NCBI GenBank assembly: GCA_963822575.1 | Contig: CAWGHZ010000007.1 | Location: 1,375,655-1,439,654 of the forward strand | Direction: 5' to 3' | Source: an uncultured Alphaproteobacteria bacterium | GTDB taxonomy: Bacteria; Pseudomonadota; Alphaproteobacteria; MPNO01; DASWLB01 | DNA length: 64,000 bases | In this document: positions 8,640-18,822 of the stretch, one piece after another | Layout of the letters: each line of letters starts with the position of its first letter | Numbering within the stretch: the stretch's first letter is position 1 | Made by a program: the position numbers and the translations under genes | Notes under the pieces: model-generated | Databases searched by the model: none | What the model was told of the DNA's origin: nothing | What the model saw: only the letters and a program-made list of their open reading frames with translations

Positions 8640-10199
8640 GTGCAGCAGGCCGCCCTCAAGTCCCGCATCTCGTGGGATTCCGACAAGTTCCGCCTGCGTC
8701 GCCTAGTCGAGCGCCTGATCGAGCTCGGCGAGGTCGAGGTCCATGACGAGCCCGTCGCGCTCTCCGAAATGAGCCCGATGATCGAGGCGACGACCAAGGC
8801 CCTGCTGTTCCGCAAGGCGGGTCCCGAGGGGCACGAGGTTGCGGCCGCCGTCTCGGCGAGCCGCACGCGCCTCGCCGCCGCGCTCGGCGTGCCCGTGGAG
8901 AAGATGCGCGACGAGTATCTCCGCCGCATGGCGAACCCGCAGAGGACGTTCGAGGTGCCGGGCGACGAGGCACCGGTGCAGGAGATCGTGCTGACCGGCG
9001 ACGATATCGACCTCACCGCCCTGCCCTTCCACGTGCAGCACGAATACGACGGCGCGCCCTACATTTCGTCCGGCGTCGATTTCGTCACCGACCCGGCGAC
9101 CGGCCGGTCGAACGTCGGCTGCCGCAGGCTGATGCTGCGCGGCAAGGACAGATGCGGCTTCAACCTGACCGCGCCGTCCGACCTGCGCCAGATCTATCTC
9201 GGCTGCGTCGAGCGCGGCCAGAAGATGCCGATGGCCTTCACCATCGGCCAGCATCCGATGGACACGATGGCCGCCGCCTCGCGCACCCGCGGCCAGGAGA
9301 TCGAGGCGCTGGGCACCTATCGCGGCGAGCCGCTGCCGCTGGTCAAGTGCGTGACCAACGACATCTACGTGCCGGCCGACGCCGAGATCGTGCTCGAAGG
9401 CTATGCCGACGAGCGCGGCTACATCGACCACGAGGGTCCGTACGGCGAGTACATGGGCTTCTACGGCCCGATGCACGGCGACCCGGTGTTCCACGTGACC
9501 GCCATCACGCGCAGGCGCGACGTGCTCTACCAGTCGATCAAGCACGGCGTCGGCCGCCATCTGGGCGAGTGCGACGGCTCGCCGCTGGGCGGGCTCCAGG
9601 GCGAGGCGCGGGCCTGGACACTCCTGAAGCAGGCGGGGCTCGACCCGGTCGATACCTGCATCGTCGGCGCGTCCGGCGTCGGCCATCACCTGCGCGTCAG
9701 CCTTCGCAAGCACACCGACGGCGACGCGCGCGCGGCGATTGCGGTGCTTCTCGGCAACATTATGACCGCCAAGCATGTGTTCGTGACCGACGAGGACGTC
9801 GACATCCGCTCGAGCGAGCAGATGGAATGGGCCATGTCCACCCGCTTCCAGGCGGACAAGGACATCGTCGTTCTCTCGAACATGCGCGAGATGCCGATGG
9901 ACCCGTCCACCGCGGTGCGCGGCGTCGGCGCCAAGGCCGGGTTCGACTGCACCTTCCCCTTCCCGCGCTCCAAGGCGGTGACCGCGCGCGTGCCCGAGGC
10001 GCCCCGGATCGGCGGGCCGGCGCGCTACCAGAACGTGCGCCAGGCGCTCGAGGAAGGCGGGCCGACGCATTTCGCCCGGCTGATGAGCGTCCTCGGCTCG
10101 CGCGACGGCCGCGAGGTCGTGCTCGAGATCGAGAAGCTGCGCGACGCCGGGCTCATCGACCGCAATTCCGACGGCGAGTATTTCATCAAGAAGGGCTAG
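8640..10199 (+). CDS. UbiD-family (prFMN-dependent) decarboxylase, paralog 1
   Basis: UbiD-like sequence with EGPYGEY motif; GTG start 8640 after GGGAGACGAA; C-terminal extension about 50 aa. Confidence 0.75.
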   Translation: MQQAALKSRISWDSDKFRLRRLVERLIELGEVEVHDEPVALSEMSPMIEATTKALLFRKAGPEGHEVAAAVSASRTRLAAALGVPVEKMRDEYLRRMANPQRTFEVPGDEAPVQEIVLTGDDIDLTALPFHVQHEYDGAPYISSGVDFVTDPATGRSNVGCRRLMLRGKDRCGFNLTAPSDLRQIYLGCVERGQKMPMAFTIGQHPMDTMAAASRTRGQEIEALGTYRGEPLPLVKCVTNDIYVPADAEIVLEGYADERGYIDHEGPYGEYMGFYGPMHGDPVFHVTAITRRRDVLYQSIKHGVGRHLGECDGSPLGGLQGEARAWTLLKQAGLDPVDTCIVGASGVGHHLRVSLRKHTDGDARAAIAVLLGNIMTAKHVFVTDEDVDIRSSEQMEWAMSTRFQADKDIVVLSNMREMPMDPSTAVRGVGAKAGFDCTFPFPRSKAVTARVPEAPRIGGPARYQNVRQALEEGGPTHFARLMSVLGSRDGREVVLEIEKLRDAGLIDRNSDGEYFIKKG

Positions 10200-10328
10200 G
10201 CTCGACCTGCCTGGCATGTTCCGCTATTCCGTTCGCCCAGGGTAGCGCCCCAAGTGCGCGCATTGAAAAGCGAACGAATACGTTGTGAGGCCCTCGGGAG
10301 CTAGCGCACGGGGACCTCGGAGGTTTCG

Positions 10329-11777
10329 TTGTCCGACTGGAAGCCGGTCTTCTACGTGCTCGGCTGGATGCTGATCGCGCTGGCGGTGGCGATGGCGGTG
10401 CCGACGCTCGCCGACGCGGCGGTCGACAACACGGACTGGCGCAATTTCGCTGCCTCGGGCGCGATGACGCTCGCGATCGGCGGGTTGCTGGTCACCGCCA
10501 ACCGCGCGACAAACATGCGGGTGGGGGTACGCCAGGCCTTCGTGCTCACCACGCTCGCCTGGATGGCGGTGTCGGCCTTCGCCGCGCTGCCGTTCGTGTT
10601 CTCCAACATCAAGCTCGACTACGCCGACGCGTTCTTCGAAGCGATCTCCGGCCTGACCACCACCGGCTCCACCATCCTGATCGGGCTGTCGACCCAACCG
10701 CCCGGCATCCTGCTGTGGCGTTCGATCCTGCAGTGGCTGGGCGGCATCGGCATCATCGCTATGGCGGTGATCATGCTGCCGTTCCTCAATGTCGGCGGGA
10801 TGCAGCTTTTCCGCATGGAATCCTCGGACCGGTCGGAGAAGATCCTGCCGCGCCCGCGCCAGATCGCCGCCTGGCTGTTCTTCGCCTACGTCGGCATATC
10901 CGTGCTGTGCGTCGGGACCTACTGGGCGCTCGGCATGACCTTCTTCGAGGCGATGTGCCACGCCATGACGACCATCTCGACCGGCGGCTATTCCACCTCC
11001 GACGCCTCGTTCGGGTACTTCCAGAACCCGCCGCTCGAATGGGCGGCGGTGGTGTTCATGCTCGCGGGCGGGCTGCCCTTCGTGCTCTATGTCGGGGCGC
11101 TTCGCGGCCGGTTCCGCGATCTCGTCACTAACGCCCAGGTGAAGGGGCTCGTCGGATTCCTGGCGGTGGTCTCGCTCGCCATCGCCTGCTGGCTCGCCAT
11201 CGTGCACCATGCCCCATTCTTGGAAGCGCTGCGCCTCGCCACGTTCAACGTCGTCTCGGTGGTCACCACGACCGGCTATGCCAGCACCGATTACAATAGC
11301 TGGGGCGGCTTCCCCGTGCTGACGCTGCTGCTGCTCAGCTTCGTCGGCGGCTGCGCTGGCTCGACCGCGGGCGGCATCAAGTTCTATCGGCTGCAGGTGC
11401 TGTGGGACATGATGACGAAGCGCGTGCGCCAGCTCATTTTCAGCCATGCCGTCACCACGCCGACCTACGACGGAAGGCCGCTCTCGGTCGAGGTGCGGCT
11501 TTCCATCGGCGTGTTCTTCTTCGTCTACGTCATGACGGTGGTTATCATCGCGGTAGCGCTCGCCGCGCTCGGGCTCGACCCGATCACGGCGTTGAGCGGC
11601 GCGGCCGCCACGGTGGGCAATGTCGGCCCCGGGCTCGGGCCGATCATCGGGCCGGCCGGCACCTACGCCAGCCTGCCCGATGCCGCCAAGTGGCTGATGT
11701 CGGCCGGCATGCTGCTCGGCCGGCTCGAGATGTTCACCGTCCTGGTGCTGATGTCGCCGACGTTTTGGCGCGCCTAA
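10329..11777 (+). CDS. trkH: TrkH/KtrB family potassium uptake protein
   Basis: 482 aa polytopic membrane protein with repeated TTGS/TGG selectivity motifs. Confidence 0.85.
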   Translation: MSDWKPVFYVLGWMLIALAVAMAVPTLADAAVDNTDWRNFAASGAMTLAIGGLLVTANRATNMRVGVRQAFVLTTLAWMAVSAFAALPFVFSNIKLDYADAFFEAISGLTTTGSTILIGLSTQPPGILLWRSILQWLGGIGIIAMAVIMLPFLNVGGMQLFRMESSDRSEKILPRPRQIAAWLFFAYVGISVLCVGTYWALGMTFFEAMCHAMTTISTGGYSTSDASFGYFQNPPLEWAAVVFMLAGGLPFVLYVGALRGRFRDLVTNAQVKGLVGFLAVVSLAIACWLAIVHHAPFLEALRLATFNVVSVVTTTGYASTDYNSWGGFPVLTLLLLSFVGGCAGSTAGGIKFYRLQVLWDMMTKRVRQLIFSHAVTTPTYDGRPLSVEVRLSIGVFFFVYVMTVVIIAVALAALGLDPITALSGAAATVGNVGPGLGPIIGPAGTYASLPDAAKWLMSAGMLLGRLEMFTVLVLMSPTFWRA

Positions 11778-14401
11778 GATCGCGTCTTCGCGCGCGTCTC
11801 GCGGCAGAGCTGCGCCACGGCAGCGTGCAACCGGGCAGCGATGTGCGCCTCGACGTCCGGCCCCGCCCCTGCCCTCAGCGTCGCAGCCGGGATCGGATCG
11901 CCGAACCGCACGCGCAACGGCGCCGGCCATGGGAAATGCCCGGTGCGCGGCATGGAACGGATCGAGCCCTCGATCCAGCACGGCACCACCGCCGCGCCGG
12001 TGTCGATCACGAGCCGCCCGATGCCACGCTGGAACGGCTGGATCTCGCCGTCGGGCGACCGGTAGCTCTCCGGAAACCAGACCAGGATGTGGCCGCGCCC
12101 GAGCATCTCCTTCGCCATGGCGAGGCTCGCACCCGGCGTGCGGTCGTCGACCGGGAACATGCGGACGGGCCGTGCGATCAGCCGTCCGATCGGGCGGAAG
12201 AACACCTGCACCACGTCGGCGCTCCACGCGATGTTCCGCATATGGGCGCGGGTCAGCGCCCCGCCGATGGCGAACGGATCGACGTCCGAGACATGGTTGG
12301 CGGCGATCAGCAGCGGCCCCGCCGTCGGCACCTTGTCGCGTCCGGAGACGCGCAGCCAGAAATAGAGCCGGATCAGCGGCAGGGCGATGGCGTAGAGCGT
12401 CTGTCCGATGGCGCGGACGAAGGCCGATTGCGGCGCGGCCCAGCGCGCGCGGTCGGCCATCAGCGCTTGGCGATAGGCATTCTCGGGGCTTGGCACCGTA
12501 TCGGATGCGGCGCCCGCCGCCACCGCCTCGCGCAGGAGGTCGCGGACGGTGACGGCACGGGCGATGGCGTCCTCGGTCAGCCGAACGCCGAGCCGGTCTT
12601 CGATCTCGAGCCCGAGACCGATCCACGCCAGCGAGTCGATGCCGAGGTCGAGCTGCGGTGTGGTGTCGGGCGTGACGACATGGCCGGGAAAGCGCGATTT
12701 CAGCCAGTCGAGCAGCTTGGCCGCAACCGGATCGGCGAGCAGGGCGCGGTCCGCTTCCGTCAACGGCGGCGCGACCGATGGCTCGGCGCGTTGTGCGCGG
12801 GCGTAGATCGCGGGCAAGGCGAAGCGCTGCAGCTTGCCGAGCCGCGTGCGCGGCAGTCGCTCGCGGGTCAGGGCGAAGCGCGTCACCCGCTCGTGGCTCG
12901 GGAGCGTCCGCGACACCTCGCCCAAGGCGACCCGCACCATGTCCTCGATGCGCCCGCCGCCCTCTTGTCTGACGACATCGAGCTCGGGCACGACCAGGGC
13001 GGCGAGCGCGTCGCCGTCTTCGACCACGGCGATCTCCCGGATCACCGGGCGCGTCGCGTAGGCGCGCTCGACATCCTCCGGCGAAAGCTTCTTGCCGCTG
13101 GCGGTGACGATCACCTCCTTCACGCGCCCGACGATGTGGAGGAACCCGTCCCCGTCGATCCGCCCCACGTCGCCGGTGCGGAACCAGCCGTCATGGAACG
13201 CGGCGCGGTTGGCCGCCTCGTCGTCCCGGTAGCCGGCGAAGATCAGCGGCCCCGCGATCTCGATCTCGCCGGTGCCAGGCTCGTCCCAGCCCTCGGCCGG
13301 TTCGATGCGCAGCCGCGTGTGCGGGGCGGGCTCGCCGGCGGTGCCGGGCCGCGGCCGGCCCGGCCGCTCGAACGTCGCGATCGAGGCGGTCTCGACGAGC
13401 CCGTACCCGTTCAGCACCTCCCAGCCGAGCCCTTCAAGGCGGAGGGCGAGTCCGGCGTCGAGCTTCGCCCCGCCGGACGCCAGAAGCCGCAGCCGCGGCC
13501 CGAGGCGCGCGTGCAGGGCGCTGAACAGAACCTTACCGACGCGGCGCCCTGTGCGTCTTCGGATTGCGATCGAAAGCGCGAGCAGCGCGCGGAAGCCGAG
13601 CCGTGCGGCGCGCCCGCCGGTCCGCACCCGCGCCGCGATGCCGTCGTACAGGGCTGCATAGAGGCGCGGCACGCCGACCATCACGCTGACTTCGCCCTCG
13701 GTCAGGGCGCGCGCCAGCTCCGGCCCGCTGACTCCCGCGGGCAGCACGACCGGGATGCCGGCGGCGAGCGGCACCAGGAGTTCCACGATGAAGGGATAGG
13801 CGTGGTAGAGTGGCAACGGCAGGAGCGCCCGGTCGTCGGGCCGGACCAGCCCGATCTCCAGCAGCGCCTCGACGTTGCAGAGGATGTTGCGATGACTGAG
13901 CGGCACGGCCTTGGGCAGCCCCGTGGTCCCCGAGGTGAAGAACAAAGCTGCCACTTCGTCGGGCGCGGGCGTCGCGACCGCTGCCAAAGGCGCGCCGTCC
14001 AGCGCCGCGTCGCCGAGCACGAGTATCTCCGCCTCCGGCATGGCCTCGGTCACGCGCGGCGCCAGCTCCGCGTCGGCGAACACTCGCCGCGCTTGGCCGA
14101 GCGCGAGGGCGTGGGCGACCCGCTCGCCGCGCCACTCCGGATCGAGATGCACGGCGACCGCGCCCATCGTCGCCAACGCGAGCCGCGCGACGATCCAGTC
14201 GACCGAGTTGGCGCCGAACAGCCCGACCGCCTCATTCGCCGTCACGCCACGCGCCGCAAGGCCGCCGGCGAGCCGCATCGACCGTCCCGCCAGCGCCGCA
14301 AACGACACGGCCGGCATCCCATCGTGTTCGAATGCGACCAGCGCCGGCGCTTCGCCCCGCGCCACCAGCCCCGCCACCAGCCTGCTCAATGTCTCGGTCA
14401 C
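11774..14401 (-). CDS. Tri-domain fusion: acyl-AMP ligase (AMP-binding) / carrier (PP-binding) domain / PlsC-type lysophospholipid acyltransferase
   Basis: N-terminal FFTSGTTGLPKAV AMP-binding motif; central LGIDSL phosphopantetheine site; C-terminal NHVSDVD (HX4D) acyltransferase motif; GTG start with GGAAGGTGG RBS. Confidence 0.8.
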   Translation of the reverse strand: MTETLSRLVAGLVARGEAPALVAFEHDGMPAVSFAALAGRSMRLAGGLAARGVTANEAVGLFGANSVDWIVARLALATMGAVAVHLDPEWRGERVAHALALGQARRVFADAELAPRVTEAMPEAEILVLGDAALDGAPLAAVATPAPDEVAALFFTSGTTGLPKAVPLSHRNILCNVEALLEIGLVRPDDRALLPLPLYHAYPFIVELLVPLAAGIPVVLPAGVSGPELARALTEGEVSVMVGVPRLYAALYDGIAARVRTGGRAARLGFRALLALSIAIRRRTGRRVGKVLFSALHARLGPRLRLLASGGAKLDAGLALRLEGLGWEVLNGYGLVETASIATFERPGRPRPGTAGEPAPHTRLRIEPAEGWDEPGTGEIEIAGPLIFAGYRDDEAANRAAFHDGWFRTGDVGRIDGDGFLHIVGRVKEVIVTASGKKLSPEDVERAYATRPVIREIAVVEDGDALAALVVPELDVVRQEGGGRIEDMVRVALGEVSRTLPSHERVTRFALTRERLPRTRLGKLQRFALPAIYARAQRAEPSVAPPLTEADRALLADPVAAKLLDWLKSRFPGHVVTPDTTPQLDLGIDSLAWIGLGLEIEDRLGVRLTEDAIARAVTVRDLLREAVAAGAASDTVPSPENAYRQALMADRARWAAPQSAFVRAIGQTLYAIALPLIRLYFWLRVSGRDKVPTAGPLLIAANHVSDVDPFAIGGALTRAHMRNIAWSADVVQVFFRPIGRLIARPVRMFPVDDRTPGASLAMAKEMLGRGHILVWFPESYRSPDGEIQPFQRGIGRLVIDTGAAVVPCWIEGSIRSMPRTGHFPWPAPLRVRFGDPIPAATLRAGAGPDVEAHIAARLHAAVAQLCRETRAKTRS

Positions 14402-14513
14402 GCCACCACCTTCCGGCGCTGTTCTACTTCAGTTGCCTTTACGCGTCATTGCACGGCGAGAAGGGCGGAATCGCCCGGATGACAACGCCCCCGAGTCCGG
14501 CTAAAGAGGCGGG

Positions 14514-15251
14514 ATGTTTTCGCTGGAGGGAAAGCGCGCCCTGGTCACCGGGGCGAGCGGCGGGATCGGCGCCGCCATCGCCCGCGCGCTGCACGTGCAG
14601 GGCGCTGCCGTGGTACTGAGCGGGCGCAACCGCGCTGCGCTCAATTCGCTGGCGGCCGAGCTGGGCGGGCGGGCGCACGTCGCCGTCGCCGATCTGGCGA
14701 CCGCCGCGGGGTGCGACACGCTCGCCGATGCCGCGCAGAGGGCCGCAGGCGGGCTCGACATCCTGGTCAACAATGCCGGGCTCACCCGCGACGGGCTCGC
14801 CATGCGCATGTCCGACGAGGACTTCGCGTCCGTGCTCGACGTGAACCTCGCCGCCGCCTTCCGTCTCGCGCGCGCCGCGATGCGCGGGATGATTCGCCAG
14901 CGCTGGGGCCGCATCGTCAACATCACATCGGTCGTCGGCCAGACCGGCAATGCCGGCCAGGCCAACTACGCCGCCTCCAAGGCCGGGCTCGTCGGCATGT
15001 CGAAGTCCCTCGCGGCCGAGCTCGCCGGGCGCAACATCACGGTGAATTGCGTCGCCCCCGGTTTCATCGAGACGGCGATGACCGCTTCGCTCGACGAGGC
15101 GCAGCGCGCCCGCCTCCTGGCGCAGATCCCCGCCGGCCGGTTCGGCGCGCCCGAGGACGTCGCCGCCTGCGTCGCGTTCCTGGCCAGCGAGGACGCCAGC
15201 TACGTGACCGGCGCCACCTTGCACGTCAATGGCGGAATGGCCATGATATGA
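14514..15251 (+). CDS. fabG: 3-oxoacyl-ACP reductase FabG
   Basis: SDR with TGASGGIG, NNAG and YAASK motifs; upstream of acpP. Confidence 0.9.
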   Translation: MFSLEGKRALVTGASGGIGAAIARALHVQGAAVVLSGRNRAALNSLAAELGGRAHVAVADLATAAGCDTLADAAQRAAGGLDILVNNAGLTRDGLAMRMSDEDFASVLDVNLAAAFRLARAAMRGMIRQRWGRIVNITSVVGQTGNAGQANYAASKAGLVGMSKSLAAELAGRNITVNCVAPGFIETAMTASLDEAQRARLLAQIPAGRFGAPEDVAACVAFLASEDASYVTGATLHVNGGMAMI

Positions 15252-15408
15252 GCGCGAATCGGGCCGATTTCCGGGGGATTTTCCGGGCGCGCCGAGTGGT
15301 GGCGACTGTTTTCGAAGTGTGCTAGGTAGGTTCGCTTTCTCGCCGCGGTTACGTGCCGAAACAAGGGCGCGAGCGGACAGAACTCGTGGGATTCAAGGGA
15401 TTTAGGGC

Positions 15409-15645
15409 ATGAGCGATACGGCTGAGCGCGTGAAGAAGATCGTCGTGGAGCACCTCGGCGTGGACGAATCGAAGGTCAGCGAGAACGCGAGCTTCATCGA
15501 CGATCTGGGGGCCGACAGCCTGGATACCGTCGAGCTGGTCATGGCGTTCGAAGAGGAGTTCGGCTGCGAGATTCCGGATGACGCCGCGGAGAAGATCCTG
15601 ACGGTGAAGGACGCCATCAACTTCATCGAGGCGCATGCGGCTTGA
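15409..15645 (+). CDS. acpP: Acyl carrier protein
   Basis: 78 aa, [20 protein letters not shown]. Confidence 0.95.
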   Translation: MSDTAERVKKIVVEHLGVDESKVSENASFIDDLGADSLDTVELVMAFEEEFGCEIPDDAAEKILTVKDAINFIEAHAA

Positions 15646-15693
15646 GGCCGCGCTTCGGCGCACGATCCGCCCCGGCAAGTTGAGCGAACGCCC

Positions 15694-16959
15694 ATGAGAC
15701 GTGTCGTCGTCACCGGCCTCGGAATGGTCACGCCGCTGGGGTCGGGTGTGAAGGCCACGTGGGAGCGGCTGATCGACGGCCAGTCCGGCGTGCGCGCGAT
15801 CCAGTCGTTCGACGTCACCGATTTGCCGTCCAAGATCGCCGGCCAGGTGCCCAAGGGCGACCAGTCGGCCGGGCTGTTCAACTCCGACGACTGGGTGCCG
15901 CCGGCCGAGCGGCGCAAGATGGGCGAGTTCGTGCTCTACGCCGTCGCCGCCGCGACCGAGGCGCTCGCCGATTCGGGCTGGACGCCGGCGAGCGAGGAGG
16001 ACCGCGAACGGACCGGCGTGATGATCGGCTCGGGCATCGGCGGGCTCCCCGAAATCTATGACGGCTCGATCATCCTGCACGAGCGCGGACCGCGCCGCAT
16101 CACACCCTTCTTCATCCCGGCGAGCCTGATCAATCTCGCCTCGGGCCATGTCTCGATCAAGTTCGGCCTCAAGGGGCCGAACCATTCGGTGGTCACCGCC
16201 TGCTCGACCGGCGCGCACGCGATCGGCGACGCGACGCGGCTGATCCAGCTCGACGATGCCGATGTGATGGTCGCGGGCGGCACCGAGGCCGCGATCTGCC
16301 GGCTGGGCGTCGCGGGCTTCGCCGCCGCCCGGGCGCTCTCGACCGGCTTCAATGACGAGCCGGAGCGCGCCTCGCGCCCGTGGGACAAGGACCGCGACGG
16401 GTTCGTCATGGGCGAGGGCTCGGGCATCGTGGTGCTCGAGGAGTTGGAGCACGCGAAGAAGCGCGGCGCCAAGATCTATGCCGAGGTGATCGGCTACGGG
16501 CTCTCGGGCGACGCGTTCCACATCACCGCCCCCGCGCCCGACGGCAATGGCGGGTTCCGCTCGATGAAGGCCGCGCTCAAGCGCGCCGGGCTCAACCCCG
16601 ACGACATCGACTACATCAACGCGCACGGCACCTCGACGCCCAAGGGCGACGAGATCGAGCTGGGCGCGGTGAAGCGGCTGTTCGGCGACGCGGCGCACAA
16701 GCTCTCGATGTCGTCGACCAAGTCGGCCATCGGCCATCTCCTGGGCGCGGCGGGCAGCGTGGAGGCGATCTTCTCGATCAAGGCGATCGAGAACGGCGTC
16801 GTGCCGCCGACGCTCAACCTCGAGAACCCGTCCGAGGGATGTCAGGACGTGGACCTCGTGCCGCTCGCCGCCAAGGAGCGCAAGGTGCGGAACGCGCTCT
16901 CCAACTCGTTCGGGTTCGGCGGCACCAACGCCACGCTGATCTTCACCGCGGCACCGTAG
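15694..16959 (+). CDS. fabF: 3-oxoacyl-ACP synthase II
   Basis: 421 aa KAS II; active-site region VVTACSTGAHAIG; follows acpP. Confidence 0.9.
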   Translation: MRRVVVTGLGMVTPLGSGVKATWERLIDGQSGVRAIQSFDVTDLPSKIAGQVPKGDQSAGLFNSDDWVPPAERRKMGEFVLYAVAAATEALADSGWTPASEEDRERTGVMIGSGIGGLPEIYDGSIILHERGPRRITPFFIPASLINLASGHVSIKFGLKGPNHSVVTACSTGAHAIGDATRLIQLDDADVMVAGGTEAAICRLGVAGFAAARALSTGFNDEPERASRPWDKDRDGFVMGEGSGIVVLEELEHAKKRGAKIYAEVIGYGLSGDAFHITAPAPDGNGGFRSMKAALKRAGLNPDDIDYINAHGTSTPKGDEIELGAVKRLFGDAAHKLSMSSTKSAIGHLLGAAGSVEAIFSIKAIENGVVPPTLNLENPSEGCQDVDLVPLAAKERKVRNALSNSFGFGGTNATLIFTAAP

Positions 16960-16972
16960 CCGCCGCGCCGCC

Positions 16973-17953
16973 GTGCGCGCCTCCCGCCTCGCCGCCTGGA
17001 CCGTTGCCCTGGTCCTGCTCGCCGCGCTCGGCGCAGGCGCGTGGGGCTGGTACGACTACACGCGCCCGGGCCCGCTCGCCCAAAGCCGCACCGTCATCGT
17101 GCCCAAGGGCGTGGGGCTCGACACGATCTCGCGCCTCCTCGCCGAGAAGGGGATCGTCCGCCACGCGACGGTGTTCGTTCTCGGCGCGCGCGCGACCGGC
17201 ACCGCCCGCAAGCTGCGCGCCGGCGAGTTCGCCTTCGCGCCGCACGCCAGCATGGATGCGGCAGCGCGCCACCTCGCCTTCGGCCAGCCGGTCATGCGCA
17301 AGTTCACCATCCCCGAGGGCGAGACCACGCCCGAGGCGCTCGCCCGGCTCGCCGCCGCCGCCGGGCTCGAGGGCACGGCGCCCCAGGATGTGGCCGAAGG
17401 CGCGCTGATGCCCGAGACCTACCTCTACACCTGGGGCGACGAGCGCCCGGCGCTGGTCGCGCGCATGCGCCGCGCCATGCGCCGGACGCTCGACAAGCTG
17501 TGGTCCGACCGCGCCTCCAGCCTTGCCATCGCGTCCGAGCATGACGCGCTGGTGCTCGCCTCGATCATCGAGAAGGAGACGGCGGTCCCGGCGGAGAGAC
17601 CGATGATCTCCGCCGTGTTCCAGAACCGGCTGCGCAAGGGGATGAAGCTGCAATCCGACCCGACGGTGATGTTCGCTCTCACCCACGGTGCGGGGCGGCT
17701 CGACCGGAAGCTGAGCCACGCCGACCTCGAAACCAATTCGCCCTACAACACCTATCGCGTGACGGGCCTGCCGCCCGGACCGATCGGCAATCCCGGCCGC
17801 GCCTCGATCGAGGCGGCGCTGCATCCGGCGGAAAGCGACGCGCTCTACTTCGTCGCCGACGGCACGGGCGGGCACGTCTTCGCCAAGACCCTCGCCGAGC
17901 ACAACCGCAACGTCGCCCGCTGGCGCAAGATCGAGGAGCAGAAGAAGCCGTAA
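16973..17953 (+). CDS. mltG: Endolytic murein transglycosylase MltG (YceG-like)
   Basis: GTG start; YceG-like C-terminal region (QSDPTVMFAL, YNTYRVTGLPPGPIGNPG). Confidence 0.85.
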   Translation: MRASRLAAWTVALVLLAALGAGAWGWYDYTRPGPLAQSRTVIVPKGVGLDTISRLLAEKGIVRHATVFVLGARATGTARKLRAGEFAFAPHASMDAAARHLAFGQPVMRKFTIPEGETTPEALARLAAAAGLEGTAPQDVAEGALMPETYLYTWGDERPALVARMRRAMRRTLDKLWSDRASSLAIASEHDALVLASIIEKETAVPAERPMISAVFQNRLRKGMKLQSDPTVMFALTHGAGRLDRKLSHADLETNSPYNTYRVTGLPPGPIGNPGRASIEAALHPAESDALYFVADGTGGHVFAKTLAEHNRNVARWRKIEEQKKP

Positions 17954-17956
17954 CCG

Positions 17957-18733
17957 CTATTCCCGTCGCGCCATCCGGCGGAGGGCCGGGTCGGTCATGC
18001 GCTCGGGCAGCGTTGCGCCAAGCCAAGCGAGAAAATAGGTCGGGAACGGGAAGGCGATGCGGCCGCGGTCACGCGCGAGGCCGCTTCGGACGATCCGCAC
18101 GGCGCGCTCGGCCGAAATCTTGAACGGCTGCGGGAAATGGCCGCCCTCGGTCATCGGCGTTGCGACGAACCCGGGACAGATCACCGACACCAGGATGCCC
18201 TCGGCATGGTGGCGGGCGCGGAGCGATTCGCCCCACACGCGTATCGCCGCCTTCGAGGCGGCATAGGCGGGCGCCCCGGGATAGCCGCGGAAGCCCGCGA
18301 GCGAGCTCATGATCGCGATCTGGCCGCGCACGCCGTCTTGCGCCGGGCGCGCCTGCATGAGCTCGATCGCCGGCAGCACGGTGTTCACCACCCCGTCGAT
18401 GTTGACGGCCAAGATATGCCCGGTCTCGTCCTCCGATTCGCCGCCGTCGGGCGGCCCGTCCGAGATGCCCGCATTGGCGACCACCAGGTCGAGCGGCGCG
18501 GTCCGGTCGGCCTCGGCGATCCAGGCCCGCATGTCGCCGCGGTCGGTGACGTCGCAGATACGCCCGGTCGCCGCCGCGCCCTTCGCCCGGCACAACTCGG
18601 CCACCGCCTCGGTCCGCGCCGGGTCGCGGCCCGAGAGCGCCAGCGCGACGCCGGGCGCGGCGTAGGCCAGCGCCAGCGCCGCGCCGAGGCCCGACGAGCC
18701 GCCCGTGATCAGGATCGAGCGCGGCGCACGCAT
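17957..18733 (-). CDS. SDR family oxidoreductase
   Basis: ILITGGSSGLGAALA Rossmann motif; CAGGAGAG RBS before ATG at 18733. Confidence 0.8.
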   Translation of the reverse strand: MRAPRSILITGGSSGLGAALALAYAAPGVALALSGRDPARTEAVAELCRAKGAAATGRICDVTDRGDMRAWIAEADRTAPLDLVVANAGISDGPPDGGESEDETGHILAVNIDGVVNTVLPAIELMQARPAQDGVRGQIAIMSSLAGFRGYPGAPAYAASKAAIRVWGESLRARHHAEGILVSVICPGFVATPMTEGGHFPQPFKISAERAVRIVRSGLARDRGRIAFPFPTYFLAWLGATLPERMTDPALRRMARRE

Positions 18734-18822
18734 GGTCTCTCCTGCAATTCTCCGCCCCGTGTTGGCGCTTGGGGCAGGCGCGGCTATAGTCGCGCCACCC
18801 CGCGCCAAGCTATGAGGTTTCG

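Noticed and set aside
10224-12626. 800-aa ORF on minus strand
   Set aside because: Antisense to trkH and the fusion gene; Arg/Gly/Pro-rich low-complexity translation typical of open wrong frames in 70% GC DNA.
15349-16737. 462-aa minus-strand ORF
   Set aside because: Antisense to acpP/fabF, which have unambiguous homology.
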